DNA of 64,000 nucleotides from Selaginella moellendorffii (Eukaryota > Plantae > Lycopodiophyta), in assembly GCF_000143415.4 (NCBI RefSeq), contig NW_003314446.1, forward strand, positions 1 through 64,000. The letters are read 5' to 3'. Below are positions 51,105 through 64,000 of the stretch, one piece after another. Under the pieces are notes generated by a model. The model searched no databases. It was given only the letters and a program-made list of their open reading frames with translations, and was not told the origin of the DNA. Both the position numbers and the translations under genes were made by a program. How positions within the stretch are numbered: position 1 is the stretch's first letter; each line of letters starts with the position of its first letter.

Positions 51105-51152
<48 letters not shown>
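51105..51152. repeat. (AT)n microsatellite
   Basis: Visible AT run. Confidence 0.95.
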
Positions 51153-51156
<4 letters not shown>

Positions 51157-51227
51157 TTTTCTTGTGATTTGTGAAAACATTTATTACTCAGAAGATTATA
51201 TTCTACATGAATATAATAAAAATGTGA

Positions 51228-52530
51228 TGTACAACTACAATGTTGTATACTTTTATTAGCATAGTGAGATTTTGGTAGTGATCAGATTAATTTTAATCCA
51301 AACCACTCACTCCTGTATGTAAGCTAAGGTTTTTGGGTTAATTCAAATATGTAAATTTTGTATTCCATGCATTCATATTGGTGGAGATAAGGGGCAACTC
51401 TGATTGTCCTTAAGAAGTGCTTAGATTTGTGCTTTTTGTGTAAATATAACTTTTATACTATCTAAATCTCTCTTATTTTTGTAGTTTTTCCATTTGTTTT
51501 GTTTTGTTTTGTTTTCCTTCTTTTTGTTTATCTTTATGGCATAACAACATACACCTCTTTTGTAGGAGCCTCCTCTTCTTGTAACTCTGGAACAACAATT
51601 GTTGCAATTGCTCATATAATGCTGTAGCTACTTAATTAAAATTAATGGCAGCTTTCATAGCATATAGTGCACTCTTGCTACTAATCCTCATGTTCAGCCA
51701 AAAATCCAATCAACAACTCTATCTTTGTTCCCCTTCCTCCTTATGAGAGATATTCCTATTTTTATGGAGATTGACACTATTACTATATAAATTCCTGAAT
51801 TTAAACTTTTTGAGAGGTTATTCAACCTAATACTATTTAAACCCAAAGACACTTAACCCTAAGTATCCTAAGACTCTTGACCAATTAAAGAATGGGGTGC
51901 ATTTTATCTATGGGCCCTTTCTTTCTATATTTGAACTTTATGAATTATTTTTCAAGTCGTTCTCTTTGGTTGATTACATATTGTTTATGTTCAAAGACAA
52001 GGGCAAGGATGTGGTTGTGATGTTCACTATTAAGTATATGATAAGATTAACCACACATATCAGTATTGTCTATATTTCCCAGATTGGTATTTTCAATTTC
52101 CTAGATGGAGGCTTTGACATCAACAATATCCTGTTGGTGTTGCTATTGTGAAAAGTTTTGACATATAAATTCTTTTGGGAAACAAGGAGGTGCACAAATA
52201 GTAAAGTGTCTTCTCTTCATCTTTCTTTCAGAAATATTATCAAGAGGTTCATTAACATTAGTTCATCTAATGCTCACTTTCCAAAATTATTTTTATAATA
52301 AGAGGTTTTTTATTATCCTCTTTATATTGGTGGATATATAGTCTTCATTCTCTATAGCAACGGCCTTACACACACGTATATGTGAGATGAAGTGGACTTA
52401 GTTGTGAGTGTGAAGGATCTTGAGTTTGAGCTTCAATCATAATAAGTGGTGTCGAGTCAAAAATTTGACTTCATCTTTGGTATAGATTGATTGTAGTGCA
52501 ATTATATTATGTGTGACTTTGAGGCTTCTC
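51228..52530 (+). mobile_element. Highly degenerate 5' part (LTR, tRNA-Ala-type PBS, gag/PR relic) of the short-LTR Gypsy family
   Basis: LTR 51228-51377; PBS TGGTGGAGAT at 51379-51388; interior colinear with parts of 53165-54660. Confidence 0.7.
51786..51978 (-). mobile_element. Degenerate Cassandra-like solo LTR
   Basis: Homologous to 16554-16747 along its length; ends GATTACA. Confidence 0.7.
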
Positions 52531-52699
52531 CCCTTTTTTTACATGAATATAATAAAAATGTATTCTATAAGGTCCAAATGTGTAGCTATAATACTGTATA
52601 CTATTGTTAGCATAGTGAGATTTTGGTAGCTATCAAATTAATTTCAATTTGAATCACTCATTCTTATATATAAGCTCCTGTAAAAATAAAAAAGGTTAT

Positions 52700-52950
52700 T
52701 TTCTAAGTGTACTTTAATATGAATTTAATATTTTTCAAAATAAAAATAAATACAAAACTAGAAATATTATTATCTTCATTATAAATAGTTCTAATCAAAG
52801 CATTATAAATATTTTTTTAATAGATGTTTTAGCTAACACTTCAAAAAGTTATTTCATTGTATTTGTCACTATGAATTTGATTATTCATCAAAAATATCAA
52901 GTGATACTTAAAAAAAAAATTACTATATAAAGTTTAGTAATAAAAAACTT
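52700..52950 (-). pseudogene. Duplicated promoter and exon 1 of the PLAT gene
   Basis: Near copy of ~50720-50960, including ATG AAG ATA ATA ATA TTT CTA GTT; exon 2 is absent. Confidence 0.75.
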
Positions 52951-52979
52951 AAAAACATATACTCTTGTTAAGTCTAAAT

Positions 52980-55900
52980 ATATAACTAAAATGCTATATA
53001 GTAATATTAACAACCGTACACTAAGATTAATGTACTGAGATTTTGATAGCCATTGGATTGGTTTCAATTTAGTCCACTTGCTCTTATATATAAGCTAATG
53101 TTTTTTGGGTTGATTGATATGTATATTTTTGTATTTCCTTTCCATATTCTATGTATTCATATTTGTGGAGATGAGAAGCACCTTTGATTATCCTTGATGA
53201 GTGCTTAGATTTGGAATTTTTGTTTAGATCTAGCTTTTATATTATTTAATCTCACTTTCTTTATAGCTCTTCCAATTTCTTCTCTTTTGTTTTATCTCCT
53301 TTTTATTCATCTTTATGAGAAAGCAACACCCTCCTCCCCCTTTGACTTTGGAGTAACAATTGGTGTAATTCCTCAATGTTATGCAGTTGTAGTTGAACAA
53401 TCACACTCAGTTAATAGTGGCATTCATGGCATGTGATATAACTCTTTCTGCTCTTGCTGCCAATCCTTGTGTTTAGCTAGAGTTTTTTTGTGGAAATCTT
53501 GGGGATGATATGTATCATTGGTTCAATCACTTTATAGTGATTATTACCTATCATTTTTGGGATAATGCTTAGTATTTGCATGAGTTTCCCATATGCCTCA
53601 AAGGGACAATGTTGCAATATACAATGGTTTAAATGCAACCACTCGTGCAGATTAGAGCATTCTCCTAGATGTTTTCAAATATGCATTTAAACATGCTGAC
53701 AATTGTGATGATACCTTCCAATAATTGCATCATCTTCATTAATAGCCAATTGAGTGAGTGATGCAATTTTGCATTCACTTCCAAAGCCTCTTGCTTCATG
53801 TGGAGCCAAATGTGTCAGAGCAGATTAAGCTAGAAATGTTATGACAAGCACTTTGTTAAGATCTTGTAAAACTTGTGCATGCACTTGCTCCAGCCACCCT
53901 TGACGATGCTCTTTAATTGGCACAATATTATAAGATATATCCTTTTCCACTTCTTGTTGCACATCTCTAAGCTCTATTTCCTATGGGAAATGGTCCTATT
54001 TTGATGGAAGTTGATGTTGTTGTTGTTCATATTCAAGGACAAAGGCAAGGACATAGTCGTGGCCATGATATTTGCTACTAAACATATGATGAGGTTAGCC
54101 ACACATATTGACATTGTTAGCATTTTTCGAATTAGCATCCTCCAATTCCTAGGTGGAGGCTTCGGCGCCAACAATGTCCTATTAGTGTTGCTATGGTGGA
54201 AGGTCTAAACACTGAGATTCTTCTAGAAAATGAAGAGTTATGCGAGTAATGAAAGGTCTTTGCATGAATAAATCAGGGACTTCTGCATCCTTCTTTCGAG
54301 AATATCATCAAGGGGTTCACTCACACCAATTCATTTAGCGTTTACTTTCCAAGTTTGTTTTAATAACAAAAGATTTTCTATTATTCTCTTTGTATTGGTT
54401 GATATAGGCTAAAGTTTATCTTTTATTAATCAGCTTATTGCCACATGTTGCCATCTACATAATAGAGCCAATTTTCATTTTTTATGGCAATGGCTATATA
54501 TATGCATATGCACAAGATGAGGTAAACTTTATTGTGCATGTGGGTGATATCAAGCTTGAGCTTTAGTCATTGCAAGTGGTGCCAAGTCAAACTTTCGACC
54601 TCATCCTTAATATAGATTGGTTGGTGCAATTATGTGATGTGTAACTTTGAGGCTTCTCCCTATATTTCTTTCATTCCTCTTATTTTTGTTCCTCTTTGTT
54701 CCTTTATTTCCATCACTTTTGTCTCTTTATTACTTTCTCTTATGTTTCCATCTTGCTATTTTATTCCCTCTTTAGATCTATCTAACAATCTTTTTGTTGC
54801 AACAATTGATCGTCTTATGAAGGAGTATATTAATTTTTTTGAATTTGACCTATTATCTGGGGCCAAGATTGCAATATGACATCCTATTTTAATTGGGGAT
54901 GCCTATCCAATCAAGGTTCTTATTTGTTGTCAGTCATCAAAGGAAATTAAGATTTCATACACAAAAAAAAAAAAAATGTTGGAGAAAAGTGTTATTTGAA
55001 AGTTGCAGAGTCCTTGGGTATATGAATTTCATCTTGTCATAAAGCTTGATAGGAGTATTCACTTCTACATCAACTATCAGTCATTAAACAAAGTTATTAT
55101 CCCAAATGTATATCATCTTCCTCACACTACTGATCTTCTGGATTGTTGGGGGAGAAATTGTTAATTCACCAAGTTAGATTTTACTTCTGGGTATTAAAAA
55201 GTGTTGATGCCTGAGAAAGATATTCCCAAAACTACTTTTTGTATACCATTTTGTTTGTATGAACTCTTGATGATGCCATCTTGTTTAAACAATGCTCTAG
55301 TGATTTTCTAGTAGATGGTGGACAAGGTTCTTTGTAATATATTGGAGATGATTGTTAACTTTATTAATGATGTTTTGATCCACTTGAAGAGGATATAGGA
55401 GGAGCACATTCATGATGTGTAAAAGGTGTTAAATCAATTATGAGAAGTTGGTATAAAGTTGAAGTGGTCGAAGTGCATATTTGGGTCCAAGAACACAACT
55501 TATCTTGGGTACTATATTTCTTGTGAGGGTTTGTAAATTGATTCTGACAAATTTGTAGCCATTCAAAAATTCTGTACTCCAAAGTGTGTAAATGATATGC
55601 AACACTTTTTAGGCAAGGTGTAATATCTCAGTCATTTTGTTGATCATCTTTTTTTATCACACTACACAATTGCAAGCGTTGTTAAAGTTATTAACATCGT
55701 CTTTCATCTTATTTAAGGACTACAAATAGGCATTTATGGATCTCAAAGAGTTGTTGAAGACTCATCAAGTTTTTGTAACACACCCTATCTCTTTCTTCTT
55801 AAGCTAATTAGAAAAGGGACAATTGTTTGATAAAAGAGCCCTTAGTGGCTATTTATCCCCCAAAGTTCCAAGGATCCATAGTGATAGTATATTTAAATCT

Positions 55901-58900
55901 CATTCCATAATCATATATATTATATTCATCCCCCCTTTTAGAGATGTTAATGTCTTCATTGACTATTGACTAATAACCCCTACTTAGCCAAGGGGAACCA
56001 ACACCACATTAAATTTATCAATCCTTCTATTATGTAGATTAGTTATTCCATGTGAGGCAACTAATCATTCATCTATACTGCAATCCCATGGTGGATACCT
56101 TCTTCCATAAATGCCCCATAAAAAGGATATACATATGAATACTCAATATATATGATTTCAAATTTTAGGGTAAAAATATATCTTACGTATATTATATTTT
56201 AAGTAGCCATTAATAAATGGGAATCAAACCCATTCCATTTGCTCTGATACCACATATAGGACCTCCTTTATTTTATTGGGACTAATTTATATAATCATTT
56301 ACAGCTAGTGGTACCTTCGATATTTATTCCACACTTTCTCCATACTTATTATAACTCTCCTGTTTTAAATGAGCATATGGGATATTGGTATGTGACTAAG
56401 AAGCAACACAAGTCTTCCTATTAGCTAAGGATGCAACGTGATATTATCTTATATGTGCATAGTTGTGTTTGATGCTAAGCCCATCATATTTTTCCTTGTG
56501 TTGCGGAAGGATGGTTGCAGTCAATTGCAGTTAAAAGATGGTTGTCCATTTGAGTTAGTGGCATTTGATTTGATAGAGCCTTTTCCACAGTCAATTGTTA
56601 GCAATGAGTATTGTGAGACACAAAATCCCTAGGCCCCAAAGGAGAGCCGAAAGGGTGCCACGTGGTAGTGGCAGAGGCAAAAGCTAAATAAGCGTAACAC
56701 ATTTGGACTAAAAGCTCCAACTTGAAAATTTGAGAGCGGGAGTGAAACTCCCAACGAAGGGCTCGAAGAACGAGCATGAAGCGAGCAAAAAATGAGTCTC
56801 TAAAAAAGGGACACAAGAGGACCAACATATGACATGTGGAAATGTTTGAGATGGAGTCCAAGATGAACCCGAAATGGAGTCCGAGATGGAGTCCAAAATA
56901 GACCCGAGATGGAGTCCAAGATGGAGTCCGAGATGAACCCGAGATGGAACCTGACATGGAGTCCGAGATGGAGTCTGAGATGGACCCGAGATAGACCCGA
57001 GATGGAGTCCGAGATGGACCCGAGATGGAGTCCGAGATGGATCTGAGATGGAGACACGAGATGGAATTGAGACCAAGACCAAAACCGAGTCTGAGTCCGA
57101 AACTGGGACCAAGACTGAGACCGAGTCCGAGTTTAAGTTCAAGTTCAAGTCCGAGTTCGAGTCCAAACACTAATACAGACTGTTGGGTGAAAGCTCAAAG
57201 CAATTGTCCCCCAGGGGGGGCTGCAGAGGGTTCCAAAAGTATAGTAGGGAGAGTGTGCGGGTTAGAGCCCAATGGAGCCAATTTGGCCAGGAAAGGTTAG
57301 TGTGGCTTAGGAAGGCTATACTCAGGTGTTGGGTGATGAACTGACCACTAGGAAGTCCAAGACTAAAGTGAATATGAACCAACAAGCGGAGTAACTTGGT
57401 GAAGTGTTCAAGAGCCGGCTCTAGTTCCCCCGGGAGATCAAATGGTCGATGCTCCCAGTCCAAGCGTGGGTGGCATTACCTACTTGGATACCTGGTGTGG
57501 CTGAACGGAACCTCGCTCTAAGCCTATGTCTAGAGCACCCAAAGGCAGAAGGTGGGGAGAGTACCCATGAGGCTCAGATAGGGCCACGGTGTTCCGAAAT
57601 GTTGTCCCAAAGTCCTAGATTATGAAAAAGAAGAGGAATGGTCCTCTAGTGTAGTGACCAAGGATACAGTCATGTAGTGAGGAAGTCCCAGAGGACCATG
57701 AGACTTGGTGGTCAGGCCTGTGGGCCTTGTCCCAGTGGTAGTGTTGGCGAACACAGCCATGGACAGAAAAGGAACTTGGTAGGCACTGTAAAAGGGATAT
57801 TGGGGAAGGTTGTTCCCCATGTTTGCGGGCATTTTAAGGATGTTAAGGAGTGGATCTAGGATGGTCACTCATGGATGGATGGCTCAGTCTTTAAGAGATG
57901 GGACTGCAATGCAAGTGGTGTTGGACCACCGGTGTGACCAAGGTGAATGGGCATGGCCTTAGTATAATGGGCTAGTATGTTGGTGGTACCTTGGGGTGTC
58001 GGTTATGGGATTGGACACATGGAACACTTGGACCAAGTGCAAAGGTTGAGTGGCATAGATGCCATCCTCGGGGCTAGCAAGCCTCAAATCCTAAATTGGA
58101 CTCATGGAGGTTATGAATGAGACTCCTCCAAGTGGTTGGAGATGTGGTTAAGTGACTAAAGTAGAATGGAAAAATTAGTCGCTTACAAGTATATCATTAT
58201 TGCTTCCAACTACTTAACTTGCTTGGTAGAAATTGATACTCTTACTAGTGTGTCAGCGATTACTGTTAAGTACTTTCTCCTCAATTGAATGGTATTCTAA
58301 CATTCTTGTCCAAAGTGGATTCTCTCGGATAATGGTCTTGCATTTATAGCTGAAGTATTTCACATTTTAACATCTCAATTAAGGATATACCACAGTTTCA
58401 GAAGTGTTTATCATCCACAAATAAATGGTTTAGTGGAATAGCTCATTTGAACTTTCAAAGGGATGATTGTGAAGTATATGAACTTTCAACATTCAAATTA
58501 GAACAGTTATTTACTGTTTTGTTGGTATGCATATGTCACAGAGGTATAAAGTTTTGTTAGTGCTTCACCATATAAACTCTTATATGGTCATGATTTAATA
58601 CTGCCAATAGAGTTGAGTTTACATTTACAACTGTCATGAGCTGCCGATATTAAGTTCTAGGATTAGTATTTCACAAGCATTCTTCCACTTATCTGAGCAA
58701 AGTCTATTGAACACTTGGGCCGTGTACAAGTGGGACAAAAAAGGTGTTATAACTTCTATTATCGTCTATTTGCAAAGCACAAAATAGATGATTTAGTGTT
58801 AGTTAATTTTCCCAATTTTACGATACATGGTTTGTCTAAGGGGCTCCTTAGTGGAAGGGATTGTATCTTGTGGCAAGTTGAAATGAAAATTTATAAGGTT

Positions 58901-58910
58901 TGGCATTTTT
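52980..58910 (+). mobile_element. Degenerate short-LTR Gypsy element (same family as 1574-4641), interrupted by insertions
   Basis: LTR plus PBS TTGTGGAGATG; RLMKEYINFFEFDLLSGAKIA matches 4258-4641; RT relics at 55000-55650; IN relics PFELVAFDLIEPFP and LGRVQVGQK. Confidence 0.85.
56612..58187 (+). mobile_element. Solo LTR of the LARD-like family, inserted in the integrase relic
   Basis: Reverse complement of 22441-24219; TG...CA termini; perfect TSD AGTAT (56607-56611, 58188-58192). Confidence 0.93.
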
Positions 58911-60879
58911 ATTAATTTTCAGATCTTAAATGTTGAATTGTGTGATAAAGAGGTTAAGTGGTGTGAATTTTTTACTTATATTATAGTGGTTAAAGTATTT
59001 TTAGGAAATCTTATGTTTTCCAAACTTTGAGCATATATTCTTTTTATTTCCCTATTTTTGCATTTTTAGCTACTAAAAATTTCTCTTCTAATACTTCCTT
59101 ATCCACTTTTTCTTCTTCCATAATGTTTCTTTATCAATTTTTCTAACTTTATTCTCTTTGCCTTGATACTTCAAACTTTTTTTCTTTGGAGGATATGGAT
59201 GGGAATCCAGCCCCGATGATTGAGTGAGGATGACTAGCTACAATAGTGGAGCAAAGATAAATTATATAAATTGTGAAGTGAGGATAAACATAGTGAGTTC
59301 GAATAAAACATCTAACCCTAATATACTAAGGCCAAACAAATGTGATAGTGGAGTGAGGCTGAATATAAATAGTAGAGAAATGATGAGCATAATAAATATA
59401 AATGGAGTTGATTTTTCAAAACCTTTTTCCCTTGAGAAGGGGATAAAGAAGATTTGAAGGACAAACAAAGTGAGTTTAACTTCCCATATACAATGCTAAA
59501 CAAGGATGAAGGTTATAAATCGAAGTTAATATAGGTCTTAAATATTGACCGAAGGGAAATGCAAAGGCAAATTTTGCTCTTAGTCATAAGTTTGAGTTAA
59601 GGATGGTTTCACAGAATTATCAATAGATAGACTTTCTAGATGGGATGTATCATTTGCTACAATGGCATTTTATGGACTACAGTGGTTCTCAAAGTCTCTT
59701 GTTTTGGTTCAAAATTATGACTTCAGATTGGTTTGAGTATTTGGCAGTTGCATACAGAGTTGTAACTAGCTCATTATGATTCTGTAATCAATTGATATTT
59801 AAACCATGGTTTTGGGTTTTATTTCAGTTATAGTTGTTAACAACTAATTCTATGAGAACTTTAAGTTCTTATAGCAGTTTATAATCAACTAACAAAAGCT
59901 TCAAATATTCTACTTGACTTATCATTGTTATCATTCTTATTTTATCTTCCAGAGGGGAAGATAGTGTAAGGTCTATAAATACATGTATTACCTTATATAG
60001 TTAATATGTTAATTATAGTATTTTAACATATGAACCATCTATTTGGGATTAAATTTGGTCCATTTGTTCTTATATATAAAAAAGGGTTTAAACCCTAATT
60101 AATATACCTATTCCCATGCTCACACCTCTAGTGGATTTCAGCTGATTTAGTTTTAAAAAATTCTTAAATACACATTCTTCTTAATATTTAAAAGAATTTT
60201 TATTTTGTATATTTTACAAGGAATTTACAATTTTATAAAATAATAAAATATATATTCAAAAAAAATTAGTTTGACTTTTTATTATCTTTATGTTGAATAT
60301 AATCTTATGAAGTAATAAATGTATTCACAAATCACAAGAAAATAAAAATATATATATTATGATATACATCATAATTCATACTTTTCATGTCCTAAATATT
60401 TTGAAAACATATGTATTCACACTTATAAATATATATATATAGTTAAAATTCTTACATATTTATCAGTTTTTAAAGAATAATATCAATTTTATAAAATACA
60501 ATATGAGAACCTACAAAAAAATTCAGCTAAAGATTTTTTCTTAAGAAATGTAAATATTTCATTCCAGAGAAATTAATATTTGTTAAGTTTTTTCCAAACC
60601 ATATTATTAATTATGTTGTTATTAAGAAAATTAGTATATTTTTATTGTAAATTGCAAAGATTCCTTAATGGATCTTTAATATCATTCAATATTTATAGAT
60701 CATCTTAATGTATCAATAAAAAATATTTAAAGACAAATAGTAGTTTATATATCAATATTGTGGTGGAAATTAAATCTAAATAAGTTGACAATTTTCCCAT
60801 ACTAATTGATTGAAAAAATTTCCAAACATCGTTCAAAACATTCTGAATAAAAGTTCAAAACATTTTGACCTTCAAGATC

Positions 60880-61580
60880 AATGTAAAATGGCAGCAAAAG
60901 GTAAAACAAAACCCTCCTTTGGACGTGATTCTCCGATTCTATCCACTCTTTGTTTCTATAATCAAATATTAGGTTCCTAAACCTGAGATGAGTAAAAACT
61001 GTTATTGGACACAAGAATTCTTTATTATAATTGAAATTGTGCACCCTCTCCAAGCTACCGGGCCTTGAAACAAACCCCAAAGAAAGACAATCATATCACC
61101 ATTGTCATGCCATACAATAGCTTGGAGTGACTCCATTCTATCAGCCTCAAGAGCAGCACTCCACTCATGCTCGATCCAACACCGGTTTGATCCCAAGTCA
61201 TAGCCTATCTATTGACCACCGCCCTTCACCCCCACCAAGTAGATGTGGTGCTACCAGGTAAATCACTCATTCGATTCAAAGCAAAGATGGATCTCAGCTG
61301 GTGACTCTCCTACACAATCTACTCACCAACAAAGAAGGGCATTGACGTGTTTGACTCGTTGACCTAGGAGTATGTGCCCCTTGTGGAGGTCAAACCCATA
61401 CACATGGCTTCTGGAGGGCACACTAAATGAGCTCCGCTTGAGGGGATTCCACACTGCAAACTTCCCTTTTTTTGCACCAGCAAGAAAGCAGTTGGAGAAA
61501 CAAAGCAGGCCACCCGCAGAGGCAACGGGCTCCTAGCAGAGGAGTAAATCTGGATCTGTTACGTTCACATGCAATAACAC
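60880..61580 (-). pseudogene. F-box pseudogene paralogous to 4743-5795, with deletions and an internal inversion
   Basis: GSNRCWIEHEWSAA.EADRMESLQAIV, GFVSRPGSLERVHNFNY, IFDYRNKEWIES; segment ~61245-61424 lies on the opposite strand. Confidence 0.9.
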
Positions 61581-61617
61581 TAGAGTTAGAGGTAGAGGAC
61601 CATATATATCAAGTGTT

Positions 61618-61900
61618 TCAAATCTCTTGACGTGCTGGCAAACTTGGAAGAGTCCTCTCCTCAAGATCATCATGTCCTTGATCTCTCCACACCTCCTTGG
61701 CACAAAGAGTCACAAACGGGCCATCCCAAAACACAGTCTGTCGGTGTGGTATGCTGTTGTCTTCCATTAAAGAATTGCCAGTGAAAGATTGCCATGACCG
61801 CATTCTCCCTTCCTTGTCGTGGTCCAGGAATAATCCTGCTCTCTTCCCCTGCTTCTGCTTTAGAGCTTCGATCACTACCTCACTGCCATGATGAATATGC
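61618..61900 (-). pseudogene. Possible MULE/FAR1-like transposase relic
   Basis: IEALKQKQGKRAGLFLDHDKEGRMRS loosely resembles the FAR1/MULE segment preceding the DDE domain; weak. Confidence 0.3.
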
Positions 61901-62137
61901 TAGCCCTCATATTGATTGCTTGCTAGTGATCTTGTTGTTGATCATTTGCAATCTGAATAACCCCAAGCTTGGACTTATATAGCTGAACTTTAAGCTTCCT
62001 GCATGCAACTCATGGATGAATACACGATGTGCCTTTGTAGCCACTTCTTTTTAAGTTTAAAGTTTTATGTTATCGCATTAAAGTTTTATGGCTTTCAATT
62101 TGTGTGCCACATTAACATATAGCATACCCTTTGGCAA

Positions 62138-62510
62138 GTTCTTATGGTTGGAAGTTACAACCTTGAAAATTATTAATGCGTACTTGTGGAGCAAAGGTCA
62201 AAGAGTTGTTCTTTAGTGAAAAATAATATTCATTGGCTGGTTCTTATGGTTGGAAGTTACGACCTTGAAAATTATTAAGACGTACTTGTAGAGCAAAGGT
62301 TCTTTAGTGAAAAATAATATTCATTGGCTGGTTCTATGGTTGGAAGTTACAACCTTGAAAATTATTATGGAGCAAAGGTCAAAGAGTTGTTCTTTAGTGA
62401 AAAATAATATTCATTGGCTGGTTCTTATGGTTGGAAGTTACAACCTTGAAAATTCTTATTAAGAAAAGGTAAAAAAGTGTTTTTCTTTAGTGAAAAAGAG
62501 TATTTATTGG
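62138..62510. repeat. Tandem repeat, ~90-100-bp unit, about 4 copies
   Basis: GTTCTTATGGTTGGAAGTTACAACCTTGAAAATT...TTTAGTGAAAAATAATATTCATTGGCTG repeated. Confidence 0.9.
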
Positions 62511-62579
62511 CAAGTATATCCAAGGTGATGCATTGGAGTATTCATAATGGAAAATAGAATTAAATTACCTCAATTTTTG

Positions 62580-62731
62580 TTGAATTCAAACTTCCTGATA
62601 AATCAATCAACTTAATACTGTTCAAACCCAAAGATGCTCAATTGAAAAATGGGTGCATTTTATTTATAAAGTTTTGTCTTTTATATTTGAATTTAATGGA
62701 TTATCTTTTAAATCATTTTTTTGGTGTTTAC
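62580..62731 (-). mobile_element. Very degenerate Cassandra-like LTR
   Basis: AATACTGTTCAAACCCAAAGATGCTCAA..GGGTGCATTTT..TATATTTGAA..TTTACA is homologous to 16554-16747. Confidence 0.55.
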
Positions 62732-64000
62732 ATTTTGCTAATTTTTCCAAAGCAAAGTGAAAACATAAACTATATTTAAATTATCCAAACTTGGTTTTTC
62801 AGTTGACACCATGCCAATCTGAAGTTCAAAAGCCCAACTTAGGAAGAGCTGCTCATGTCATCAATCTATGTGGTGTGCAACGCATAACACTTGCGAGCTT
62901 TTAGAGCAACTATCTCTTTAGTAGTCCTTTCCAAAACATCCTTGCCAGGGAGCGAGTAAAATCAAGCATGCATGTCATTGCCTACCTTGTCTGCTTCGGA
63001 ATGGTCATAGACTCTCTATGAAAGAATCTGTGCATGTTTCTTGTGAATGCTTAAGGTGATCCTACTATTCTCTGCAAGGAACAGATAAGAATTCAGTTTG
63101 CATTTTATAGGAAATGTTCCTTGATACAAGAGGCTGCCGATCGTTAAGCTTGCATTAGAAAATCTATATAAGAATTGGCCTTTCATGAAATAATTCAGCA
63201 TGCTATCCAGATAAGGTGTTTAATCTCTTGCCCTGTCTAACTATGTCATTTAAATTAATTTGCTTCCATGCGTGTGATAAATTGGGCAGAATGGGCAGAA
63301 CCAGACTAAGTTCCATCTCCAATACAGGCCTCTCCATGGTAAGATGCATTGTTATCCTTAAATGTTTTGACTGGTTTTGCAGATAATTAGAAATGTCTTG
63401 CCTATTGCCAGCTAACTTGAAAGTTATCACAGAGAATGCTCTGGCAAAGTTGAAGGGTGGTCTAGCTGCTATGCAAGACTTTATGTACATAACATAAAGT
63501 TCTCAGTTCAAGGAAATTCTAGCATCCGCCTGGGAACTCCAAGTTCCCTGGTTCTTATCAACAGCTCGTGCCTGGGCAAACCCGCTCGGTCACGTGCATG
63601 ACATTTTCATTGCTAAGGAGAAAGCAGCCACATTCCCCCACAAGCTCCAGTGGTTTGGCAGACTAGCTTGAAGTGACGACCAGGATGACATTCTACCTGT
63701 GCATGGGTGGACGTGTTTGTATGGGTTTGCGAGTTCTTGGATAGACAGCCCAAATCTGGCAAGTGGATCAAGCTCTAGGCGAAGTGCTTCCAACTCTAAC
63801 TTCAATAGATGTGGACAAAGCATATCTTTCAGTTTCAAAGGTATATCCTAAGAGGACCAAGTGGTTTATTGCCAGAACCATGAAATACCCATCAAATAGT
63901 GCTATAGATACAAATGTGTGAGCTTTGGGAGAGTGGACAAACTAAACTTAAACCCAACTGAAAGTTTATATAAGCTAAATATGTTTACAATTAATTATAA

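Noticed and set aside
52980-61580. Gypsy plus F-box pair as a segmental duplicate of 1574-5795
   Set aside because: Relative arrangement and junctions differ between the two loci.
62138-62510. Regular repeats resembling a CRISPR array
   Set aside because: No unique spacers and a eukaryotic context; an ordinary tandem repeat.

Overview
Plant nuclear, TE-dense window. A Selaginella-like lycophyte is inferred from ~50-nt introns, short PPR motifs and the F-box type. It holds two apparently intact host genes (an intronless F-box gene at 4743-5795 and a two-exon secreted PLAT/LH2 gene at 50289-50772) and several pseudogene fragments (TsaD/GCP1, PPR, PIP-kinase, F-box). The centre is a ~37-kb nest of retroelements. 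An old non-autonomous Gypsy derivative (16248-47541) hosts a chromovirus, 5S-rRNA-bearing Cassandra-like TRIM LTRs, a LINE, a young copy of its own family, and a rearranged Copia derivative with a ~4-kb inverted duplication and a hAT-like MITE. The most striking observation is two short GT-AG inserts (46 and 52 nt, the size of host introns) in the chromovirus integrase. Their removal exactly restores the YHPQTDGQTERVN catalytic motif and the GPY/F-chromodomain module, so this is an LTR retrotransposon with apparent spliceosomal introns in pol. Also notable: a ~75-bp module shared by Gypsy and Copia-type LTRs, and shared termini/PBS linking the chromovirus to two non-autonomous families. All calls come from manual reading; no searches were run.
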